Assembly: GCA_023144005.1 (NCBI GenBank) | Contig: JAGLGN010000014.1 | Coordinates: forward strand, 29,984 to 93,983 | Origin: a bacterium | Lineage (GTDB): Bacteria; AUK180 | Length of the DNA stretch: 64,000 bases | Direction: 5' to 3' | In this document: piece after piece, positions 37,001 through 45,565 of the stretch | Position numbering within the stretch: position 1 is the first letter of the stretch | How the letters are laid out: each line of letters starts with the position of its first letter | The notes under the pieces: model-generated | The model's database searches: none | The model's input: only the letters and a program-made list of their open reading frames with translations | Told to the model about the DNA's origin: nothing | Program-made: the position numbers and the translations under genes

Positions 37001-37885
37001 CTACCACCGATACCCAAGACCGGCAGATACCGTACCCGGCAATAGCGAGCCGAACCCGTATGAGACATCAAGCTCCAACTTGTTCAATCCGATCTGAGTG
37101 CCGAAAAGAATATTTCTTGTGGTGTCATTCAATATGTCGCTGGCGCCGAATCTCAATCTTATCCCTTTGTTGATATTAAAAGCTAAGCCCGAATTCAATA
37201 TCATTGAAGATTCTCTGATGACCGCCTGCGTTAAAAGCGTCATCGCCGCGCCCGCATCACCCATTGTCCATTTATACCGGAAACCGAGGCCGCCGGATAT
37301 AGCAGGGAACGCACCTTCTTGTTCAAATTCCAGCTTCGTGCCCCAATTATTTACAAAAAGCCCTATTAGAAGCTTTTTCATCTTAAAAGCGAGGCCGAGG
37401 TCAACTAAAAATGAATCCGCGGTATATGTATCGATGCGGCTGAAAAGGTATTTTATATTTACACCGGCATAAGTGTTCTGACCGATGGCATCTCCGAAAG
37501 AAAGCACAAGGCCAAGATCGGAAGAGTGAAATTGTCCGGTAACCGTGCCTATCTCGTCCCGGGAATCCTGATATCCCCAATTGCCGTAAATGGTGGAAAT
37601 GCCGACATTGCCGAAATTCTCAAGATATACGGCAGTCGATATCAGAGAGACATCCATCTCCTCATAATATTTTCTATAGCTTGTTTTAAAATAATTCCAG
37701 CCCGAGATCGGCATCAATGCCGGATTGACCAGCATAGAACCGAAATCATCAATATCAACGCCTAGGACGGAACCGCTGCCGCGTGCTCCCGAAGTCGGGT
37801 CAATATTAAAGACATTGGAAGAGCCCATTGCGGCAATGCAAACCGAGATCAAGAGAGCCATTATGAATATTACAGATCTCTTCAT
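37001..37885 (-). CDS. PorV/PorQ-like outer-membrane beta-barrel
   Basis: Signal peptide; SGARGSG...MLVNPA; C-terminal SAGLGYRW. Confidence 0.8.
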   Translation of the reverse strand: MKRSVIFIMALLISVCIAAMGSSNVFNIDPTSGARGSGSVLGVDIDDFGSMLVNPALMPISGWNYFKTSYRKYYEEMDVSLISTAVYLENFGNVGISTIYGNWGYQDSRDEIGTVTGQFHSSDLGLVLSFGDAIGQNTYAGVNIKYLFSRIDTYTADSFLVDLGLAFKMKKLLIGLFVNNWGTKLEFEQEGAFPAISGGLGFRYKWTMGDAGAAMTLLTQAVIRESSMILNSGLAFNINKGIRLRFGASDILNDTTRNILFGTQIGLNKLELDVSYGFGSLLPGTVSAGLGYRW

Positions 37886-37888
37886 GAT

Positions 37889-40800
37889 CTACCTCACCAC
37901 CGAAAACTTGACCATCGCGGTAAAACTATCCGCCTTTACCAGGCCGAAATATATACCCGCGGGGATCTTTCTCCCATATCTGTCCTTCAGGTCCCAAGTT
38001 ATCTGATGGAATCCCGCGGATAGCACGGCATCGTGTATCTCTACCACCTTTCTCGCATCCAATGTCAAAATGGTCAGCGTTACATTGGATTCTTCCAGTA
38101 TGTTTATCTCGAATGTTATCGTGTCAACATCCGGAGTTGCCGGATTCGGATATGGGGTATATATATTATTCCCGTCAAATGAAGTGTCAATGAAATACTC
38201 CAGCAGATCAACGCAGGTGAATTCCACTATATGCTTTCCCGCCTCGGTGGACAGGGTCAATGTAAATGATGCCGAACCATCTGTGCCGGTAAGGGCGGAA
38301 GAAGGAGCGATAGATGCACCCAGGGGAGTGTCAATAAGCGAGGTCGCGACATCCGCTCCATACAATCCCAAGCCGGTATCAGAAGTGATATATACCAAGA
38401 TTTCTCGATCCTTCCCAGGGGCGGTGTGCGGGTCTTCCGCGGGGTCAAATGTCATTACAGCGGGAGAAAGGACATCAAATTCAGGCGAATTCAGCTCAAC
38501 AAGATCAGTACCATTCTCTAAAATACTTATCCCGAATTCATATACACCTTCCGCATCAGGGAAATTATAACTATTGAAATCTATGCTCACCGAGCTTGCC
38601 GCGGTAATGCCGGCAATGGTTATGGTAGAGCCGGAAACCGTATAGGCAACCGTATTGGAAGCATCAACGGTTACTGTCAGATTTGCTAATGTTGGTTGAG
38701 TAAAGCTTGAATGAACAACGATATACAGATCATCGTCCCCATCCAGCTTGGGATATCCTACCGTATAATCAATACCAAGATCTCCATTGCCGCCCTGGCA
38801 AAGTGGGACATTTGGGGTTTTTGAAATACCATAAGAGCCGGAAACCGCAGAGTCCACATTACCGAAAGGCGAGGAATTTCCCGACTCATCAAGGGCTTTC
38901 ACTGAAATATAATATGTCGTGCCGGCAGGCAGCATTGTCAGTATATGCTCCTCAGCCTGAGCCGGCAGAAGCGGTGTTATACCTGAAGTATCGTACTTAT
39001 CCGAGGCGATGAAGTCCGCGTCATCAGTGATCGGGGCGGTGGAATAAGCGATCTCATAGCTATCGCATTGAGATACGCCCAGCCCGTTCTCGCCCACCGC
39101 GGTAAAGTTAATTCTGATCCCGCCGATAGTGGGATGGGAATATGCGGCAAAATCATTGATCACCGAGGGCGGGCGATTATCGATGGTGTTGAAAGAAAAG
39201 AGGTAGTCGCCGCCGGGAGCGCCGTCATCGTCTCCGTCAAGGCCGTTGCCTGAAATATCCATAGCTCCGGAGTAAACGGTAATATCATATGAAGTATCTT
39301 CCGAAAGCGGAGCCGTAAGGGTCATCGTCAATGTCTCATTTCCGGCATCCCAGGAAAGCGTATATGCTACAGCCGGGATTATCTCAAGCGATAAATCCAC
39401 CGATACGGTATTCATTTCCTCTGAGAATGTGATAACAATATCGGTCGCTGTATCTATATTCACTCCCGAATCGATCGGAGATGTGTATAGAACGGTCGGT
39501 GAGGCATAATCTCCACAGCTTGTACTGTAATTTGAGTTTTCAGCACCGGGTGTGGCATTAAGAGGATTATTGTCGGCATCAAGGCCGTTTATTGTAATTC
39601 CGTCATTGGAGCCCCAGTTACCGGCGACCGAGCCGCCGACACATGGGTCAATTCTCTCCATTGAATAATAAGCGGGTGAGCCGGTACCGCCGAACCATCC
39701 GGCGCCACAATCGACCAGATCAACTGTCACATCGGATGAATTCTTTAAAGTTATCGTCGCGCCGGTGTTACTCAAGCTGAGAGATGTATCCACAAATCCG
39801 CCCGCAACATCATTCACGGTATCCTCGGAATTTTCAATAAGATAATATCCGAAAGCGGGAATAGTTCCCGAAAGTGTTTCTAAAATAAACCCGACTCCCT
39901 GAACATACCATCCCGTAAGGTCGATCCCCTCACCGGTCGGGTTGTATAACTCTATCCACTCATCGGAAGAAGAATGAAGTGTGCCACCGAAGGCAACTTC
40001 ATTTACAACAACCTTTCCGGTCATTGACTCATATACTTCGATCGATGGAGAAGCTCCGATCGCTGAAAGCGTACCCGTACCTTTCGATCTTACGGTAAAG
40101 GCATATGTTCCAAGTGTGTCGCACATAGCGCCGGGCGAACCCAATGACATATCTCCATAAATAAATATCAGCGTATTTCCGGTATCAAGCGTAGTAATAT
40201 CCGCTATTATCTCCCAACCGGTGGTCTCATTTCCTGTAATAGACGCGATCGAGGCCACGGCATCACCGGAAAGGGAAAGATACCCTTCTGATGCCGGAGC
40301 GCCGTCCTGCGGCTGTGACCAGTTCGCGGGAATATATAGCGAGACCTGCCCGCCCGCCATATCAAGCGATGCGGTATAGATCACATTTACACTCTGATGA
40401 TTATCCTTGAGAATATTAGAGGGATATGCGACCGCTGTACCGGTGCCGTCACCATATTGCGATGTCTGAAAATTGAAGGTATATGTATCTCCGCCCGAAT
40501 CATCCACTGAGGCGGAATCAGCCAGCGTATTGCCCGCTACATCCGCAACTACGGTCTTATCGATCTCAATATAATATGTCGTTCCGAATGACAGCGTATT
40601 ATGTGTGATCGTAAGTGTCTGTGTAGTATTTGACCATGTATATCCTTCTCCTCCGGGGGAGGGTGATATAATTATCCCCAAAGTGGAGGTATCCGCCATT
40701 TCCTCATCAAAATCAATCGTAATATCCTGAATCGGATTGACCGCGGAAGCGCCGTTGACCGGGGCCGTCGCGGTTATAGTCGGGGGTGTGGTATCCGCCG

Positions 40801-41413
40801 CTGCGCCGCCGCAGGTTGAGACTTCAACTGAATTGGGCTGTCCTGGAGTTCCATTGATAGAGGGCTCGCCGTTTATAGTGATCCCGTCATTTGTCGCCCA
40901 GTTAGAGCAAACATCGCCGGGCGAACACGGATCGATCCTCTCCATCGAATAAAAACCCGCGGCTACACCTGCGCACCAGACCCCTGAATTGTCATCAGCC
41001 GTATCTATCACATTACCGGTACCGTCCTGACCGTCGTATAAGATGATACTGTCTCCACCTACATTCATTCCAATTGTAGCGTCCCAGATCTCAATGGTAG
41101 CTCCCGAAGTGAATACTACAGCATCATTTGCATATATCAGATAGCCCTTGGCGGGAATAATAGTGGTATTATTTCCATCGGCAGCAGAAATATTCAGGAC
41201 AACCCCGGTATCGGCACCATAAATTGACCAGGCGGCTATATCGATCGGAGCATCTGTGGTATTATAGAGCTCTATCCACTCATCACTTGTCGAGCCGGAT
41301 GTACCCGCCCATGCGATCTCATTGATAACAACATCACCGGGAGTCGCAGCTTCCACGATCTGCATAGATGTCAAAAGCAAGGCAGCAATAAATATGATCG
41401 TTAATTTCTTCAT
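37889..41413 (-). CDS. Secreted protein with 2 lamin-tail, 2 SbsA Ig-like (Big_5), FN3 and FlgD/T9SS-like C-terminal domains
   Basis: VVINEI...DEWIELYN x2; DTTPPT...ITIDFDEEM and SPTVLYTSP...ITFSEEM; TTYYISVKALDESGN; PYPNP...WDLKD..G...GIYF...KFSVVR. Confidence 0.85.
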   Translation of the reverse strand: MKKLTIIFIAALLLTSMQIVEAATPGDVVINEIAWAGTSGSTSDEWIELYNTTDAPIDIAAWSIYGADTGVVLNISAADGNNTTIIPAKGYLIYANDAVVFTSGATIEIWDATIGMNVGGDSIILYDGQDGTGNVIDTADDNSGVWCAGVAAGFYSMERIDPCSPGDVCSNWATNDGITINGEPSINGTPGQPNSVEVSTCGGAAADTTPPTITATAPVNGASAVNPIQDITIDFDEEMADTSTLGIIISPSPGGEGYTWSNTTQTLTITHNTLSFGTTYYIEIDKTVVADVAGNTLADSASVDDSGGDTYTFNFQTSQYGDGTGTAVAYPSNILKDNHQSVNVIYTASLDMAGGQVSLYIPANWSQPQDGAPASEGYLSLSGDAVASIASITGNETTGWEIIADITTLDTGNTLIFIYGDMSLGSPGAMCDTLGTYAFTVRSKGTGTLSAIGASPSIEVYESMTGKVVVNEVAFGGTLHSSSDEWIELYNPTGEGIDLTGWYVQGVGFILETLSGTIPAFGYYLIENSEDTVNDVAGGFVDTSLSLSNTGATITLKNSSDVTVDLVDCGAGWFGGTGSPAYYSMERIDPCVGGSVAGNWGSNDGITINGLDADNNPLNATPGAENSNYSTSCGDYASPTVLYTSPIDSGVNIDTATDIVITFSEEMNTVSVDLSLEIIPAVAYTLSWDAGNETLTMTLTAPLSEDTSYDITVYSGAMDISGNGLDGDDDGAPGGDYLFSFNTIDNRPPSVINDFAAYSHPTIGGIRINFTAVGENGLGVSQCDSYEIAYSTAPITDDADFIASDKYDTSGITPLLPAQAEEHILTMLPAGTTYYISVKALDESGNSSPFGNVDSAVSGSYGISKTPNVPLCQGGNGDLGIDYTVGYPKLDGDDDLYIVVHSSFTQPTLANLTVTVDASNTVAYTVSGSTITIAGITAASSVSIDFNSYNFPDAEGVYEFGISILENGTDLVELNSPEFDVLSPAVMTFDPAEDPHTAPGKDREILVYITSDTGLGLYGADVATSLIDTPLGASIAPSSALTGTDGSASFTLTLSTEAGKHIVEFTCVDLLEYFIDTSFDGNNIYTPYPNPATPDVDTITFEINILEESNVTLTILTLDARKVVEIHDAVLSAGFHQITWDLKDRYGRKIPAGIYFGLVKADSFTAMVKFSVVR

Positions 41414-41637
41414 ATATTTCCTCTCGAACCCTCATTGAGTTCATCTTTTATTTTTTTCATTTTCTCCAGACGGGCCTTCGTCTCGTCCGCGTCAATGGAA
41501 ATGTCAACATTCAGAACATCTCCTTCCTTCACCCCTTGCGGAAGATGCGCGATGGGGATGAGCATTTCTCCGCCGCGGTCAAGGACCACAACGGCAAGCT
41601 CTTCTTCAAATCTGTCTATAACTGCTGTGAGAATCAT
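41410..41637 (-). CDS. DUF3006 family protein
   Basis: AVIDRFEEELAVV...LPQGVKEGDVL...DETKARL; GGAGG RBS. Confidence 0.85.
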   Translation of the reverse strand: MILTAVIDRFEEELAVVVLDRGGEMLIPIAHLPQGVKEGDVLNVDISIDADETKARLEKMKKIKDELNEGSRGNI

Positions 41638-41756
41638 AGGTCTCCTCCATGTTTATTTATTATTTTGCGTAGTCTGAGATTGCGCACCTGCGGCGCAGGC
41701 AGTGAACTCAAGAGAAACATCGAAAATGTTGTCTTTCTCATATCTTTTTCAGTTAA

Positions 41757-41785
41757 ATTCTAACCTTTTTGAGAATGAAATGCAA
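41757..41785 (-). promoter_or_regulatory. sigma70-type promoter of the DUF3006-LTD-comEC operon
   Basis: TTGCAT-17-TAGAAT. Confidence 0.6.
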
Positions 41786-41894
41786 ACTCACAATGGTCTT
41801 TTATTATCTATATATACAAAATATACTAAATAAGGGACACGGACAAAAAATAATACTAAATATACCTTAACTATTTCGCTTACAGCAGAAATAT

Positions 41895-41903
41895 TGGTAG
41901 AAT
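41895..41903 (+). promoter_or_regulatory. Extended -10 promoter, probably leaderless
   Basis: TGg-TAGAAT, then 5 nt to ATG 41909; no SD. Confidence 0.55.
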
Positions 41904-41908
41904 GAATT

Positions 41909-42865
41909 ATGAAATGCGGAATATGCGGAAACAGCAAGGGGAATTCCTCTTACTATGTGAAAGAAATGAAGATAGGAAGCGGTGATAATTTCAAATATAT
42001 GCTCTGTAATGAATGCGGAACACTGCAATTATCCGCTCCACCCGATGATATGCACAAATACTATCCCGCAAATTTTGACAGCTTCTATTCGATAGAGCAT
42101 GGCAAGCCGTCTCTTTTGAAAAAGATTATATTTCGTATCCGCAATGAGCATTCTTTCGGAAAGAAAGTTTTTCTGGGAGAAACGATCGCAAAATTATTTC
42201 CTAATTATATCAATTCCTATCTTTTTGATCTCAATATCCGCAAGGAGTCCAAAATACTCGATGTCGGGAGCGGAAACGGAAAGCTGCTTAGCTCTCTTTT
42301 CAAAGAAGGGCTTCACAATACTCTTGGGATAGACCCCCATATCGAGCAGGACATCACCCACGCCGGAGGCCTGAAGATACTCAAAGGGGGGCTGGAAAGA
42401 GTGAGCGGAATGTGGGATATCATCCTTTTGAATCATTCATTTGAGCATGAGTCGTCGCCTAAAGAGCTGCTGTCCGGGATCAGAACGATCCTGGCACCGA
42501 AAGGAATATGCCTGATAAGAACACCGGTTACGGACTCCTGGGCATTTGAGCATTATCGGCATCACTGGGTTCAGATCGACGCACCGAGACATTATTATAT
42601 TTATTCAACGGATTCGCTGACACTTCTGGCGGAAAGATGCGGATTTAAGGTGAAGAAGGTCATCCGCGATTCAACCGCATTCCAATTCTGGGGAAGCGAG
42701 CAGTATATGAAAGATATCACCTTGCTTAGCGAGCGCTCCTTGTCCATGGGACCGGCGGGATCGATCTTTTCAAGAAAGGAGATCCGGGCATTCGAAAAAA
42801 GAGCAAAAAAGATGAATACAATGGGTATCGGCGACCAGGCCGCATTCTACCTTGTCAAGGAATAA
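41909..42865 (+). CDS. Class I SAM methyltransferase with N-terminal Zn-ribbon
   Basis: CGICG...CNECG; LDVGSGNG; NHSFEH; QIDAPRH motifs. Confidence 0.88.
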   Translation: MKCGICGNSKGNSSYYVKEMKIGSGDNFKYMLCNECGTLQLSAPPDDMHKYYPANFDSFYSIEHGKPSLLKKIIFRIRNEHSFGKKVFLGETIAKLFPNYINSYLFDLNIRKESKILDVGSGNGKLLSSLFKEGLHNTLGIDPHIEQDITHAGGLKILKGGLERVSGMWDIILLNHSFEHESSPKELLSGIRTILAPKGICLIRTPVTDSWAFEHYRHHWVQIDAPRHYYIYSTDSLTLLAERCGFKVKKVIRDSTAFQFWGSEQYMKDITLLSERSLSMGPAGSIFSRKEIRAFEKRAKKMNTMGIGDQAAFYLVKE

Positions 42866-42867
42866 TA

Positions 42868-44409
42868 TTAAATTCCTCTTTTTCTGAATATTCTGATGAA
42901 TTTGGAAGGCCCGACAAAGAGCATATACGGAAGCATATTGATCATAAGCAACACGATGGATATCAATGTATTAGCAAAAAATGCGGGCATTATTGGAGTA
43001 AAGAACGCATTCAAATGGCCTCCGAAATATTTCAAAAGGAAATACGAGACAGCAAATGCGGGGATCAATTTGATCATCTTGGAAATATTCAATGTCAGTC
43101 CGAACATTTTCTTCAAATAGATCCATAGAAACACTACATTTACAGCAGCCGAAAGCGCGGAAGCCAATGCGAGTCCGGACGCGCCCAGATATCGTATGAA
43201 TATCATATTCAATTCAATATTGATCAGCATCGCCACAGAGGTGAATATCACCGGATATTTCACCTGCTTATAGGCATAAAATACCTGGCCGAATAATTTA
43301 GACAGCGAGTAAAATATGATCCCCGCGGCATAAAAGGTGAGCAGAGAAGCGGTTATAGTCGAGGAGGCAAGGTCGAACTCCCCTCTTTGAAAAAGTGCCT
43401 TGACCGGGTAAATTCCCGCAGCCATAAGATAACTGGATACAGGCAGTATCACATACATAAGGGAATTAAAACTCGTTTGCAATTCCTTTTGAGGGCTTTC
43501 GCCCTTGGAGACCTTTCTGGAAAAGATCGTCAGGGATACGGTGGCTATGCTGACCGCGAATATTCCCATCGGAAGCTGCATAAGACGGGTTGAATAATAC
43601 ATCGCGGAAATGACTCCTGAGGATAACATTACCGCAAAGAGATTATCCGCGATCAAATTTATCTCGATGATGGCCTGGCCGAATATGGCGGGTGTTATTA
43701 TCTTCACCAGGCGTTTGATCGCTGGCTTTTCTTCTTTCAGATTAAACTTGAACGGCCGTTTTAAGCGGGAAGAAAAATACCATTGAGAAAGCATTTGAAC
43801 TCCGCCGGCGCCGATCACGCCCCACGCGGCTATATATATCTGCCGTATCTGATCCTTCTCCTTGAAGAGCATCAGCAGGATCAGAATAAAAGTTATATTA
43901 TAAAAAATCTGTCCCGCAGCCGGGCGGGCAAAGGAATTGTGTGATTGCTGAACGCCCATGAAAAAAGCAGAGATGCCGACCAGGATAAGGTACCAGAAAG
44001 TTATGCGCAGCAATCCCGTTGCATTGTCCCTGAATATGTGATTATCCGGAGCGAATACCGTTATCGCCTTGATAATGTACGGCGACAGCAACGCACCCGC
44101 CAGAGATACCAGAAAAAGTACAAATGAAAAGCGTAGAAAGAGATTACCGAGAAAGAGGCCCTCGCGCGTCTTGTCATCCTTGCTTACATATCCGGAATAT
44201 ACCGGAATGAACGCGGAATTGAAAGCGCCCTCTCCCAGAAGGCTTCTTAGCGTATTGGGTATTCGATATGCCAGAAAATATGCATCCGCAAGTGTTGAAG
44301 TACCAAAGAAAGCGGCCAGAATGACATCCCTGAGAAAGCCGAATATCCGGGAAATAAAGACCATTATACTCATCAAAAGCGAGCTACGGTAAAAATTCTT
44401 TTCCCGCAT
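42868..44409 (-). CDS. murJ: Lipid II flippase MurJ (MviN)
   Basis: SRIFGFLRD, YRIPNTLRSLLGEGAFNSAFIP, RLMQLPMG, LFQRGEF motifs. Confidence 0.95.
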   Translation of the reverse strand: MREKNFYRSSLLMSIMVFISRIFGFLRDVILAAFFGTSTLADAYFLAYRIPNTLRSLLGEGAFNSAFIPVYSGYVSKDDKTREGLFLGNLFLRFSFVLFLVSLAGALLSPYIIKAITVFAPDNHIFRDNATGLLRITFWYLILVGISAFFMGVQQSHNSFARPAAGQIFYNITFILILLMLFKEKDQIRQIYIAAWGVIGAGGVQMLSQWYFSSRLKRPFKFNLKEEKPAIKRLVKIITPAIFGQAIIEINLIADNLFAVMLSSGVISAMYYSTRLMQLPMGIFAVSIATVSLTIFSRKVSKGESPQKELQTSFNSLMYVILPVSSYLMAAGIYPVKALFQRGEFDLASSTITASLLTFYAAGIIFYSLSKLFGQVFYAYKQVKYPVIFTSVAMLINIELNMIFIRYLGASGLALASALSAAVNVVFLWIYLKKMFGLTLNISKMIKLIPAFAVSYFLLKYFGGHLNAFFTPIMPAFFANTLISIVLLMINMLPYMLFVGPSKFIRIFRKRGI

Positions 44410-45244
44410 CGGGATTCTCCATAAAAACTATTCTTTTCTCCGCGTTAATATTCGCGGACATCTCTTTTAATTTTTTATAGGCCTTTTGTCTTTCGGCAAA
44501 TACATATCTGTATTTCCCGTCTTCTCCAAGAAATAATTCCCCCTTCAGGCGGCCGCGCATCTGGGTTTGCGATACCCTCTGCAAAAATATATCCTTCATC
44601 CCTTTAGTGAGGCGGAGAAGTCCTATTCCCAATCTGTCGATATGATCAAAAGCGCTTTCAATTGATCTGAATATCTGAATATATTCTTTTTCCCAGTCAT
44701 CATACAGGATCACAGGGTCTAAAATAACGCCGATCCTATAACCCTTATGCTGAAATTCCTTCAATGCGGAAATCCGCTGATCGACCGATGATGTGCCTTT
44801 CTCGAGATAATGTGAGATGGAGTATCCTGAAATCGTAGAGGTAAAGACAATATTTTCCGGGGGGCTGAATTTCAATAATTCAAGAACGCCCAAGCTTTTA
44901 AAACGGATCTCAAAGTTCTTCTGCGGGAAGCGGGAAAGTATCTTGAATACTGCGGAGATATCGTCCTTCAAAAGAGGCAACATGCTTCCGTCGCATGTAA
45001 CCGTGAGATTGAATTCGTCGCCGCTGCTTTCTTGAAGCTCTTTTTCCAGATCCATAGGGTTTGAAAATATGACAATCGGATCCGTATTGAGATAGTCATC
45101 CAGAAAGCAGTAAGCACAATGCGAGGAGCATCCCTCAATCAGGTCGATCTGATATCTGCAGCCAGGAGGATATTCCGGATGAGAAGTGAAATCCTTTATG
45201 AATCTCCCTTTATTTTCTCTTGTGTTCTGCTCCCTAATTGTCAA
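44384..45244 (-). CDS. Spore-photoproduct-lyase-like radical SAM protein
   Basis: GCSSHCAYCFL (CxxxCxYC); LEKGTSSVDQRI; GYRIGVILDPVI; DGKYRY motifs typical of the SplB family. Confidence 0.8.
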   Translation of the reverse strand: MTIREQNTRENKGRFIKDFTSHPEYPPGCRYQIDLIEGCSSHCAYCFLDDYLNTDPIVIFSNPMDLEKELQESSGDEFNLTVTCDGSMLPLLKDDISAVFKILSRFPQKNFEIRFKSLGVLELLKFSPPENIVFTSTISGYSISHYLEKGTSSVDQRISALKEFQHKGYRIGVILDPVILYDDWEKEYIQIFRSIESAFDHIDRLGIGLLRLTKGMKDIFLQRVSQTQMRGRLKGELFLGEDGKYRYVFAERQKAYKKLKEMSANINAEKRIVFMENPDAGKEFLP

Positions 45245-45265
45245 TTTCTCTTATTCCCCTCTGCG

Positions 45266-45286
45266 CTAACCTCCAACCTCCAACCT
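45266..45286. repeat. Heptamer tandem repeat
   Basis: CTAACCT-CCAACCT-CCAACCT. Confidence 0.6.
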
Positions 45287-45307
45287 CATATTTATGGAGC
45301 TGCTCGC

Positions 45308-45565
45308 TAGTGTCCTGTCTCGTAAATACAATGGCAATGGAATGTTTAGATTTGAGGCAATTCCAACGAACAATGAGCGTTGCGTACCCTTTGTGGTCCG
45401 TAAGCGAAGAGAGAGGAAGAAATTGACCAAAGATGATATGCCCTTCGGGCTGAAACTCTTTTTCGGTCTTTTCATACCGCAGTGGGTATTCGGAGTTCAC
45501 TGCGCCTCTCATGCTGAATATAATAGCTTCAGCCATTGTAAATGTATTTACGAGACAGTACACTA
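45308..45565. mobile_element. MITE-like element (254 bp plus TA on each side) with 21-bp terminal inverted repeats
   Basis: TA-GTGTCCTGTCTCGTAAATACA ... TGTATTTACGAGACAGTACAC-TA (1 mismatch); no transposase. Confidence 0.75.

Noticed and set aside
41699-41709. 11-bp match (GCAGTGAACTC) between the operon leader and the MITE interior (45493-45503)
   Set aside because: Matches of this length are expected by chance in 64 kb
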